Part shown: piece after piece, positions 26,893 through 38,837 of the stretch
Layout of the letters: each line of letters begins with the position of its first letter
Numbering within the stretch: the stretch's first letter is position 1
Assembly (NCBI RefSeq): GCF_009914755.1
Contig: NC_060926.1
DNA from: the human T2T-CHM13v2.0 reference genome, Homo sapiens
Strand: one strand, 5' to 3'
DNA: 64,000 nt
Translations under genes and position numbers: made by a program
The notes under the pieces: generated by a model
Seen by the model: only the letters and a program-made list of their open reading frames with translations
Databases searched by the model: none
Told to the model about the DNA's origin: nothing

Positions 26893-28019
26893 TGACGCAC
26901 TAGGAAGTTGGCAATTTGTCTTCTTTTCCACTGAGAAGACAGACTAATTTAAGACAATTTCTCTTTCACACAACCCAAAACATGCTGTCATATTGAAAGA
27001 CTCAATGAATGCTTAGCATGAAAATGCCAATTTTAAAAGCTAGCTATTATCTGTGGGTTTTCCCACCTCTGCACTTGATATATTTCAGAGGAGAGTATTT
27101 ATGCATAAACCACAGACTTTGTTAGAATCTCTATAATAATATGAAAACTTTTGATTTGTGAGCTCCTGTGGAAAAATGAAAATTATTTCTGCAATAAATA
27201 ATATTTTATCTGTTCTAAAATAGCTTAATGATTCCCATAAGTCTATTATGAGAACTCTTCATTAATCAAAATTTTCACTTCTAGTAGACATAATCACAAT
27301 CTATTAAATTTATATTTCCTCCAGTGCTAGGAGTAAGAGCAGCAAATAGGACCAATGTAATCAAGTATTGTGGAGAGCACATCAACTGTATAGGTAGTTA
27401 AATCACTTTCACTCTAGGTCTGTTTCCACATCAACAAAGTGAAGCAGTTGGACTCAATTTTTGTGAAAACCAGCTTGATTCTACAGTTCCTTTAGGTTTT
27501 TTTTTTATTCTTCTTCTTTTAATAAAACTCAGGAGAAATGACCGCCACCTCACTTCATTTTAGGGAAAACAATGTGTGACACACATTATAAAACAGAATG
27601 CAAAGTGTCAATATTATTATGATATTAAGATGTAATATTCATTTAGCATGACGAATTTGATCCAAATCAAATAGGTCGTGAGAAATTCTCCATCTTCCCA
27701 CCTTTGGGGGCTAAGTCATAACTTAATGGACCTTGCTGCTGTATTTGAATTGAGGACTTCATTACCTTTTTCCATTCAAGAAACAGTAGAGACTTTTGTT
27801 TACATGATGCTATTTTCTCATTTTTCTCCCACCTTTCCAACAACCTGATCACCTTCAAGGGGTTATTTTTAACACCTAGGTGCCTCCCAGGATGTAAGGC
27901 TTCAATCATTCAATCACCTATTATGCTTCTTTCCATTCTCTCATTAGGTGATCTCATGTATGAATATGCATCACCCTCCTAATCTTATCGTTTTCTCAGT
28001 GTCAGTAGCAGCCTCTAGC

Positions 28020-28162
28020 CCTGAGTTAGCCAGTAGAACTTTCTGCAATGATGAAAATATTCTCTCTGCATTGTCCAATATGGTAGCCACTAGCCACATG
28101 GCTGTTGAGCATGCAAAATGTGGCAAGTAAAAAACTGAATGAGAAACTGAATATTTTATTTT
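28020..28162. mobile_element. MER3 (hAT-Charlie MITE) fragment
   Basis: tagaactttctgcaatgatgaaaatattct...tgtccaatatggtagccactagccacatg matches the recalled MER3 consensus. Confidence 0.85.
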
Positions 28163-28464
28163 GACACTCTAAATTCCTTCACCTTAAAAAAAAAAAGTTT
28201 TGCTGTGTACTCAGCTCCTGCTGCTTTCCATCACCAAAGATGGAAGAGAGAGAGATTTTGAATAAAACTTACTCTTACTAAAGTAAAGAAAGAAAATTCT
28301 AAACCTCAGATGCAAACTATTTTTTTTACTTTATTGGATAGAAAAATGAGTTTTTAAAGTGTTACTTTTTAAAATCTTAGTTACAAAGCAATAGGTAATA
28401 CATTTCCATTTTATCCTGTAAGAATAAAATAAGTATGAAAAAATTTATTGTTAAAAGTATAACA

Positions 28465-28590
28465 TTTATTCATTTATTTGTTTAAAAAATATTTATTGAG
28501 CACTTATTATGTTCAAGGGACCATGCTAGGTGCTGGGCATCCTGCAGAAAAATAAATGATCATCCCTGACCTCAACACCTTTAACGTAAT
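28465..28590 (-). mobile_element. L2 3' end
   Basis: ttcatttatt...aaatatttattgagcacttattatgttcaagg...tgctaggtgctggg. Confidence 0.75.
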
Positions 28591-30699
28591 GGCTTCTTCC
28601 CCCAGCTGTCTTTCTTTAATGGTTTAAAATTTCAGGTTTATTTCACCCTTGAAGGAGAATTGAAAACAAAATTAAGAAAAAAAAAGCATAAATATTTTTA
28701 TCTTAAGGAAATAATGGTTTACCAAGTAAACTGTAGTACACACTTCCTCTAGAGCATTTTTAAAATTAAATCTGATTTTTATAGCAACATTTTGCAATGA
28801 AGAAAATGTAATTTCAAAAACAGCTTCAAAATAATTCTTCTAACTCCCTAACATAAAATAAAATTGGTATAAAGAATGACAACAATATGTAGATTAAGAA
28901 AAATCTGAATTGATGTATTTCACTTTTATCAAAATCACTACAACAAAACTGTATTTCAGTCATCAGAAAATATTGCATACACTAAATAAGTGTAAAATAT
29001 TTTTGGAGCCCAAATCTGATGGGATAAATAGAGTACAAGATTAAGTGACAAGTAGAAGAAATAGAAATCTGTAAGAGATGATTAATTATTACAGAATTAT
29101 ATTCTCAACTGATTGTTCTTAAGTATAAAAAGACTGAGTCTGCTGTTTATAAATACCACAATGCTTCCTTCATTAGTTATCTTCCTCTCTTAAAAAAAAA
29201 AAAGAATATGAGGTTGATTAATCGTGAAGGTTAGGAAACAAATATTCTTCTAGGAGTTTTTAAATGTAGAACTAACTCATGATTAAAATAACAGAAAAAG
29301 TATAGTGTCATTTATATTTAAGGGATACAATTTTTGCAGAGCTTTTAAGAGCAAGAAATGTTTTTTATCAATTTATATAAAAATATATAAAAACAACATA
29401 TATCCATTCAGAAAATTAAAAAATAATTATTGGTGGTGTGTTCAACAATATGTTATCAAATAGTAATTGTAAGCTGTAATTTTCCCATTAAGTAGACAGA
29501 CAAAATTGATTATAATGGCCTTTTTTCTCCCCTAAATATTCCATATTTTACATGTTCTATTATACTTAAGGTTTTCTTTATAACTTTGCCCCAAAGTCTG
29601 CACAGCTCATCTACCACAGTATTTACTCTACAGGTGCCCCAAAGGACTTTTTTCACAGAAATGTGTAATAACTTTCATTATGCCAACTTGAAATGGTAAA
29701 ACGGCAGGGGTACCTAAAAGATATCCTAGTAATATTTAATGATACATCACAAAATAAATATTTTTAAATGTTTGTATAAATCATTCCTACACCTATGAAC
29801 CATTTCAGGCTAATAGAGACAGGTGTTGTTTATATGTTTTTGCTCTAAATATATATATTTTTAAGCCCAAAGCCAGAAATAATATAAACAAAATATTTTA
29901 GGATTTTTGAGATTCCCAATCATAGCACATTTCTGTTCTCTTCCTTCCTACATGAATGTTTGCTGGTTTAATTTTCTTTATCCAACCATCTACACTATCT
30001 TTCAGATATTTCCAACCCCTTCTTTACAGACTGTTCCAAATTTTGTTATATATTACTTGCACTGTTATCACACAGAGTATCCTCTCAGAAATGGATAACC
30101 CCCAAGCTTTCTATGAAGGTGATAATAAGCTTCATTTCATGTTAATTGCTTTCTTGCTGATTGTCCTGTGATATCTCTAGAATTAATACCATTAAATCAC
30201 TACCTATCACTCTATTGGCATAATTTGGCTTAATTACTTCTACATCTGTTATCTTTAATACTCACATTAAAATTTATTCAACATTGTTTAAGCAACTCAG
30301 ACAAATTTCTCCATGAATTCCTTTCTCTTTGGCTAGAACCATTTGAAAGGATGATTGAGATAACTTCCTGGTAAAGAGTATTGACTAGAATTAGGCCTAT
30401 ATGTGAAATCCAAACACAATATTCTTTTTAATTTGCACTAACATCCTGGAATCAGAGTAAAGTCTTGATCTTAAAGATCATTTTTAAAAATAGGATACTG
30501 GCAATATCCGTAGGCACCCTAGTAATATTTACAAGGATTTTTCTTTGCTAAGGTAAATATTTATTATTTATTATTTTTTATTATTCAGATTTAATATTAT
30601 TTATGATACACAAAGTATTCACCAAATAATGTTCTTCTATTGTATGTTCTAATTTAATAGGAAATAATCAGCTAGTGTTCTGCCTGTCTTGATTCCCTA

Positions 30700-31490
30700 C
30701 TGTTTTTTAAAATAATTCATGTCAACAAATATTATTAGATACCTACTATGTGTCATATACTTTGCCATTTGCTGAGCATGTAAAAACAAAGCAGAAACAT
30801 TGGAAAGCAAATGAGTGGAGCAGGAGAGAATGATTACGACAAAAAACTGTAATATCTTTTGAAAGGACCATGCAAAGGCAGCCAAGGGGAAAATTCCATT
30901 TTTTTTTAGGGGGTAGGGAATCAGGAAAAAAATGGTAAGAATTCTCTTTTTAGTTAGGCTCTGAAAGATATATAGAAATCTGTAAGGGACATATGGTGAG
31001 GAAAGGTGGATTACGGCATTCAAGTAGAGAAAGGTGCATGCATGAGAAAGTGTATCATTTGTTAAAGAAAACTGAGAAACCCAATTTTGCAATAAGGAAT
31101 GAATCAGGCATATAGAGAGAGGAAGATGAGTCTTGAAAGGCAGAATGCCAAGAGGCTGTGAAAGACCTGTAGGTTGTGCCTAGAAATTTGGACTTGATTC
31201 TCTGGGCAGTGAAAGTTTTAGGTACAAGAGTCACACAATCAGGTCTCTACTGAAAAAAAAAAAATCATTCGAGCACAGTGTAAGACAGATTTAATGGGGA
31301 GATGCTGGAGGGACTGATTTGGAGACAATGGATTATAAGGGTTCCAGACAGAAACTACTGTGGGCAACAAATAAGGCAGTAGAAGTTAAGAAGGAGAGAA
31401 GGAGGTGAACAGATGAGGAAAATGTTTAGAAACAAAAATTAATAAACTTTGTAGATATATTTGGGTCGGAAAAGAAGAGAATAATTTCAG
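30700..31490 (-). mobile_element. Degraded L2
   Basis: caacaaatattattagatacctactatgtgtca...gaaatttggacttgattctctgggcagtg, a reverse L2 pattern. Confidence 0.65.
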
Positions 31491-31989
31491 GAGTGTCCTA
31501 AGGAGAAGAACATATCTTGTTCATGTTTGGACCCATTGTGTAGCACAGGCATATTATAGGCATTCAAATAGCTGAGAATGAATGAATGAGTTACATTCAT
31601 TCTTACCATTAGACATTTATTAAAAGCTCTATATTTTCATTCGCTAATTAGCTCCTTTGGATAACCAAAATAGAAAAGGGATTTAAGTATAATCAAATGT
31701 TTGACAAGTAAATTTGTACAGGGTGATTTCTGAGGCCATATATCTGAAGGCTTTTGGGTTTTATATATAAGAAAACTTTAGCCTTCATATATGAGGACAT
31801 AATTAGTTTGTACTCTTTGAGTTGTTTTTTTTTATTTTATAGTATTAGATGTACACAGAATATTCCCATAATCTTATCAAGTTAATTATTTCCCCATACA
31901 CAACTGTCAATTTATTAAGGAAAGTCAGGATGACAATCTTTGGTAATCAAAACTACACATAATTTACACTAGCCACACTAATGTAAAAT

Positions 31990-34900
31990 ACAAATAAAAT
32001 AAAATATTAAAAGGAATAAATTTAAACAAGAAGGTGAAAGATCTCTAAAACTGTAAAGCACTGATGAAAAAAATTGAAGAGGACAAAAATAATGAAAAGA
32101 CATACCATATTCATGAATTGAAAGTAATAATACTGTGAAAATGACCATACTACCAAAAGCAGTCTACATGTTCAATACACTCTCTCTCAAAATACCAATG
32201 ACATTCTTCACAAAAATTTCTAAAAAATTTTGAATGGAACCACAAAAGACCTCAAATAGCCAAAGCTATCTTGACCAAAAAAAGAACAGTGCTGGAAGCA
32301 TTATACTACCTTACTTCAATTTAATACAAAGCTGCAGTATCCAACATAGCATGGAAATGGCATAAAAACAGACACGTAACCCAATACAACAGAATAGAGA
32401 ACACAGAAATAAATCCATATATTTACAGCCTACTAATGTTCAACAAAGGCACCAGAACATCCATGTGAGAAAGGACAATCTTTTCAAAAATTTTGCTGGA
32501 AAAACTGGATACCCATATGGAAAATAATAAAACTAGACCCCTACTGATATGATTTGGCTGTGTCCCCACCCAAATCTCATCTTGAATTCACATGTGTTGT
32601 GGGAGGAACCTGATGGGAAGTAACTGAATCATGAGGGTAAGTCTTTCTCATGCTGTTCTGATACTGAATAATTCTCACAAGATCTGATGGTTTTAAAAAG
32701 AGTAATTCCCCTGCACAAGCTCTCTCTCCTTGCCTGCTGCCATCCACATAAGACATGACTTGCTCTTCCTTGCCTTCCACCATGATTGTGAGGCTCCCCC
32801 AGCATGTGGAACTGTAAGTCCAATTAAACCTCTTTCTTTTGTAAATTGCCCAGTGTCAGGTATGTCTTTATTAGCAGCATGAAAATGGATGAATACAGCA
32901 AATTGGTACCAGTAGAGTGAGGCATTGCTGAAAAGATACCCCAAAATGTGGAAGCCAATTTGGAACTGAGTTACAGGCAGAGGTTGGAACAGTTTGGAGG
33001 GCTGATAGGAAAAATGTGGGAAAGTTTGGAACTTCGTAGAGACTTGTTGAATGGCTTTGACAAAAATGCTGATAGTGATACGAATAATAAGGTCCAGGCT
33101 GAGGTGGTCTCAGATGGAGATGAGGAACTTCTTGGGAACTGGAGCCAAGGTGACTCTTGTTATATTTTAGCAAAGAGGCTGGCATCATTTTGCCCCTGCC
33201 CTAGAGATTTGTGAAACTTTGAACTTGAGAGAGATGATTTAGGGTATCTGGTGGAAGACATTTCTAAGCAGCAAAGCCTTCGAGAAGTGACTTAGATGCT
33301 GTTAAAGCACTCAGTTTTGTAAATAGAGAAGAGCATACAATTTCAGAAAATTTCCAACTGGACAATGCGATAGAAAAGAAAGTCCCAATTTCTGAGGAGA
33401 AATTCCAGCTGGCTGCAGAAATTTCCATAAGTAATGAGGAGTCGAATGTTAATCACCAAGACAATGAGGAAAATGTCTCCAGGGAATGTCAGAGGTCTTC
33501 ATGGCAGCCCCTGCTATCACAGGCCCAGAGGCCTAAGAGGAAAAAGTGGTTTCTTGGGCAGGAACCAGGGTCCCCATGCTGTTTGCAGCCTAGGGAGTTG
33601 GTGCCATGCATTCCAGCTGCTACAATCATGGCTGAAAGCTGCTAGATTTCAGAAGATGTATGGAAACTCCTGGATGTCGAGGTAGAAGTTTGCTGCAGGG
33701 GAAGGGCTCTCATAGACACCATCTGCTAGGGCAGTATGGAAGAGAAATGTGGGGTGGGAACCCCCCCTCCACAGAGTCCCTACTGGGGCACCACCTAGTG
33801 GAGCTGTGAGAAGAGGGCCACCATCCACCAGACCTTAGAATGGTAGACCCAGTGACGGCTTGCACCATGTGCCTGGAAAAGTAGCAGACACTCAAAGCCA
33901 GCCTTTGAAAGCAGCCAGGAAGGAGGCTGTACCCTGAGAAGCCACATGGACAGAGCTGCCCAAGACCATGGGAACCCACCTCTTGCATCCCACTGTGACT
34001 TGGATGTAAGAGAAGGGGTCATAAAAGATCATTTTGGAGCTTTGTCTGCCCCACTGGATTTCAGACATGCATGGGACCTGTAGCCCCTTTGTTTTGGCCA
34101 ATTTCTCCATTTGGAATGACTGTATATACCCAATGTTTGTACCCCCACTCTATTTAGGAAGTAAGCTAACCTGCTTTTGGTTTCACATGCTCATAGGTGG
34201 AAGGGACTTGCCTTGTCTCAGATGAGACATTGGACTGTGGACTCTGAGTTAATGCTGAAATGAGTTAAGACTTTGGGGGACTGTTGGGGAGGCATAATTG
34301 GTTCCAAAATGTGAGGATGTGAGATTGGGGAGGGGTCAAGGGCAGAACGATATAGTTTGGCTCTGTGTCCCCACCCAAATCTCATCTTGAATTCCCACAT
34401 GTTGTGGGAGGGACCTGGTGGGAGATAACTCAGTCATGGGGGCAAGTCTTCCCCATGTTGTTCTCATGATCGTGAATAAGTCTCATGAGATCTGATGGTT
34501 TTAAAAAGAGTAGTTCCTGTGCACAAGCTCTCTCTGTTTGCCTGCTGCCATCCATGTAAGACGTGACTTGCTCTTCCTTGCTTTCTGCCATGATTGTGAG
34601 GCTTCCCTAGCCACGTGGAACTGTAAGTGCAATTAAACTTCTTTCTTTTTCAAATTGCCCAGTGTCAGGTATGTCTTTATCAGCAGTGTGAAAATGGACT
34701 AATACATCTACCATATACAATATACAAAAACCAACTTTATCTGGAATAAAGACTTAAATGGAAGACCCAAAACAATGACACTACTAGAAGAAAACATTGG
34801 AGAAAACAACACTTCAAGACATTGGTCTGGGCAAAGATTTTATAGTTAAGCTCTTAAAGCAGAGGCAACAAAAGCAAAAATAGACAAATGAAACTATATC

Positions 34901-36036
34901 AAACTAAAAAGTTTCTGCATAGTAAAAGAAACAACAAATTGAAGAGACAACTGGCAGAACGGGAGAGAATATTTGCAAACTATTCATCTGTCAGGGACTA
35001 ATATGCAGAATATACAATGAGCTCAAACAACTCAACAGCAAAAAAATAAATAATCCAATTTCAAGATGGGTAAAGTATCTGAACAGATATTTCTCAAGAG
35101 ATGACATACAAATGGCAAACAAGCATATAAATATGTTCAATATCACTACTTATTAGATAAATGGAAATCAAAACCCCAATGAGATATCATCACACCCCAG
35201 TTAGAATGGGTATTCTCAAAAAGATAAAAAATAAGAAATAATGACAGGGATGCCAAAAAAGGAGAATTCTTATACAGTGTGAGTGGAAATATAAATTAGT
35301 ACAGGCATTATGGAACACAGTATGGATGCTCCTCAAAAAAGTAAAGATATAACTACCATATGATTCAGCAATTCCACTACTGGGTATATATCTAAAGGAA
35401 AGGAAATCAGTAAGCCAAAAACATATGTGCACTGCCATGTTTATTGCAGCACTATTCACAATTGCCAAGATGTGGAATCAAACTAAGTATCTATTAACAG
35501 ATAAATAAATAAAGGGAATATGGTATTTATACACAATAGAATACTCTTCAGCCATAAAAAAGAATGAAATCTGTCATTTATGGCAACATGGATGAGCCAG
35601 GAAGAAATTATGTTAAATTAAATAAGCTAGGCACACACACAAAATAAATACTGCATGTTCTCATTCATGTCGAAATTGAAAAAGTTGATCTTATGTTAAG
35701 TATAGAGTAGAACAGTGGTTTGAAAGGCTGGAGAGGATCATGGAAGGAGGTATGGGTAGAGGTTGGTTAAGGGATGCAAAATCACAGCTAAATAGGAAAC
35801 ATAAGTTCTAGTGTTATATAGCACTGTAGGGTGACTATAGTTAACGACAATTATATATTTTCAAAGAGCTAAATGAGAGGATTTTGAATTTTCCCAACGC
35901 AAAGAAAGGGTAAATGTTTGAGGTGATGAATATGCTAATTATCCTGGTTTGATCACTACATATTGTGTAAGTGTAAAATAGCACAATGTACTCCAGAATA
36001 TGAACATTTGTGTCAATTAAAAATAATAATTAAAAA
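31990..36036 (+). mobile_element. 5'-truncated L1MA (MA3-MA5-like) interrupted by THE1
   Basis: ORF2 3' region (aaaataccaatgacattcttcaca, ggaaccacaaaagac) continues across the THE1 (actagacccctac|...|tctaccatataca) to an L1MA 3' UTR (gttctagtgtt...gggtgactatagttaac...gaggtgatgaatatgctaatt) and A-rich tail. Confidence 0.9.
32545..34706 (+). mobile_element. Full-length THE1 MaLR element #1 (LTRs 32545-32897 and 34348-34706)
   Basis: Two ~355-bp THE1 LTRs, THE1 internal region with broken ORF (KMWESLEL...DGDEELLGNWS), TSD cctac/tctac. Confidence 0.96.
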
Positions 36037-37523
36037 CACATATATGTATATATGCTTTAGATTAAGATATATCTATCTATCATCTCTATATCTCTATCTC
36101 ACTGGGCCATATACTAATCTCATTATTGACATGTTTTTCTGATTATAAACATTAAAATTATTTCATCTACCATAAAATTTCCATATTATTTTTACATGTT
36201 AAACTTTATTTATACCTGAAAAGGCTTATTTGATAGTAAAAGAAAAAAAACCTCAAAAGACTGAAATTATTATTCTGCATTAGTGTTCTTCTACGTGGTA
36301 AAATGATACGTTACAATGCCCCAATACTGACAATCTGAGAGGCACAAACTAATTATTTTCTGTGTATCCCCAGCCAGTTTCATTCGATTAGCTTCATGAA
36401 TCAGTTCAAAAGGTGATTAATTGGCCCTGTTTCATATTGCAGAATTACCATCCTATTTAGGATACATGGAAAGACATTGAGAAACTTTAAATTTAAGTTT
36501 AATCACCTTGTCTAAATATTAAAGAGAAATAAAAGGAAGGGTAACTGACATGCAAACCTTCTCTTAGCTAGAACAATTTCCTACCTGCTCTTACCCAGTG
36601 ATACATTCTGCACACAATATACAATATCAGCAGTCAACACCTCTGCAAGTGGAATATAGAAACTGCCACTTCTGCTTAACTAGTTGGAGTGATGTGACAA
36701 GGATTAGTTATGCGTGAGAGGGTATCAGTAGACCCATGTGGTCTCAAAATAATGACTTTCCTTCTTACCCTGAAATCAAATCATCTTAGCTGGGAATGAT
36801 TAAAAATATTTAATTATTGCTTTGAAATCAAGTATGTTATTTGGTTCTACTTTTTTCACTATTGTGTCATATTTTTAAGTATAATTTTAAGAACCTCACA
36901 AAAAATATTGGTATAATTCCATATATACTGTAAACAGATTTATTTCTGAGACCAGAAGCTCTCTTTTTTATGGGTAAGTAAATATTTGCAAGCATGGTTC
37001 CATTCCGGTAGAATCATTTTGCAGTCATTTGTTTTGTTTGTTGTTCATTATTTTTGTTTTATACATTTGTAAACAGGTAAGAACAGATTTTTTTCATAGC
37101 AATTATGAAATTAATACTTAGACATTTTAACATGGGAGTGCCAGTTTAGCTGCCTGAGAACCAATAAAGAATTTAATTTCCTATTCTCATTTTCACATTT
37201 CATGGATCGTAGTTTCAAAGGAGTTCTAATTATAAGAGTACCAATGTCTGTCAATTAGTAATTCAATTTGACATAGCTAGAAGTACATTATATATTTTAA
37301 GCAACTATGTCAGTTTTCTAGAGTGAAACTTCGAGCCTATTGACCCCAAATAAGTTTTGTTACCTACAAAGTTTAAACTGTTTCTTTCCCACAAAACAAA
37401 TGGTGGTCAATTAATAATGACTTTTGAAAACAGCAACAATGATTTACATATAGTCGGCACTCAAAACTATTTGTTTTAATCAAAGATCATAAAGGTTTTG
37501 CAATCTATTTAGAAAGGGAAACA

Positions 37524-37524
<1 letters not shown>

Positions 37525-37557
<33 letters not shown>
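37525..37557. repeat. (CA)16 microsatellite
   Basis: Pure CA run. Confidence 0.95.
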
Positions 37558-37559
<2 letters not shown>

Positions 37560-38837
37560 CTTAGAAACTAACACAGTACAAATTGACAGTCAAAGACAAT
37601 CAGAAATATTATAATACAACGATAGTAAAACTCTGCTCTTGCCTAGTTCTGCCAACATCTACCTATGTGAGATTTTCCAAGCCACACACTTGAAATAAAT
37701 GTAAAGTGAAGCGGACAGAATTACAATATTGAAGAATTAGCCCAGGAGGCTAGGAAATAAGATACCTTGGTTAGCAGTCCAGCATTTATATAATTCTCTC
37801 TAGACTTGTTTCCCGATTTTAAAAGGAGGGTTGAACAAAATGACCTCCTAGGTCTTTTCCATCTCAAGAATGATAAATTTTCATGAAGAGACCAAGACCA
37901 ATGGCATAATCAAAATTGCTAAAGTTAAGCCCTGACAACTTCCTAAGTTTGATTTTACTTAAAATTTGCTGAAGAAGGCAAATATGAATAAATGAAAGGG
38001 AAAGCGAACAGTCATGGTCACAGCGCACCTCTTTGCTGAATGGATGAGGAAGCAGAATCAGAATGACAATGATAATCTATATTTTCATATCTCTGTATAA
38101 TTTACAAAGTGTTTTCCTACAAAATATACACACACCTATTTTAGCCTAAAATAACTATTTAAAAAACTTAGTAAGCAAATTACCTAGGATCACTAAAGCA
38201 TATGAAAATTGGAGCCAAATTTCAAAGCAAAGCGTTTATAGTCTAGCCTTGCTGTTAACCATAGTAGCTGTGACTCAAATCAGTACCTTTTTCTCCACTT
38301 CCTATTTTCTTGCTCCTCAAAGCTTCATTACCTCCCTAACCAATATATTTTTGTGCTTTCCACCATTTATACCTAAAGTAGTCATCCCCTGGCTATGTGT
38401 CTCAAATATTGACATACATCCATTTTATTGTCCTCTTTTCCCCATCCACAGTCTATTCTCTAACCTAGTTTGCTACAAACAAACTTCGAATGTTAAGTGG
38501 AATTTCAAATAGAAGAAATACTTGAAGTTCTTCTATTTGAAATTCTATTTAACATTCAAAAGTAACACAATAGCTAATAAGTTAAGTTCTGTGTTCTGAC
38601 GGCAAATAATAAAAAACTTTAAGTGAGACTAGATATAAGAACCAGAGCCACCAATTTCTACACATCCTGAAAGCATCTTAAAATTTTGCAAGACACTTTA
38701 CTGTTTTAAATCAATGTGTTTTACACCAATATTCAAGAAACTATTATTATTCAACTTTAAAAGCTTAAAATCATAATTATAATTCCAACAGTAGTGACTT
38801 TTGTTGTATTATTCCATCTTCATTAAACATAAAATTA

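Noticed and set aside
29100-29125. tctcaactgattgttc, resembling part of a Y RNA
   Set aside because: The match is too short and the flanks lack Y RNA termini.
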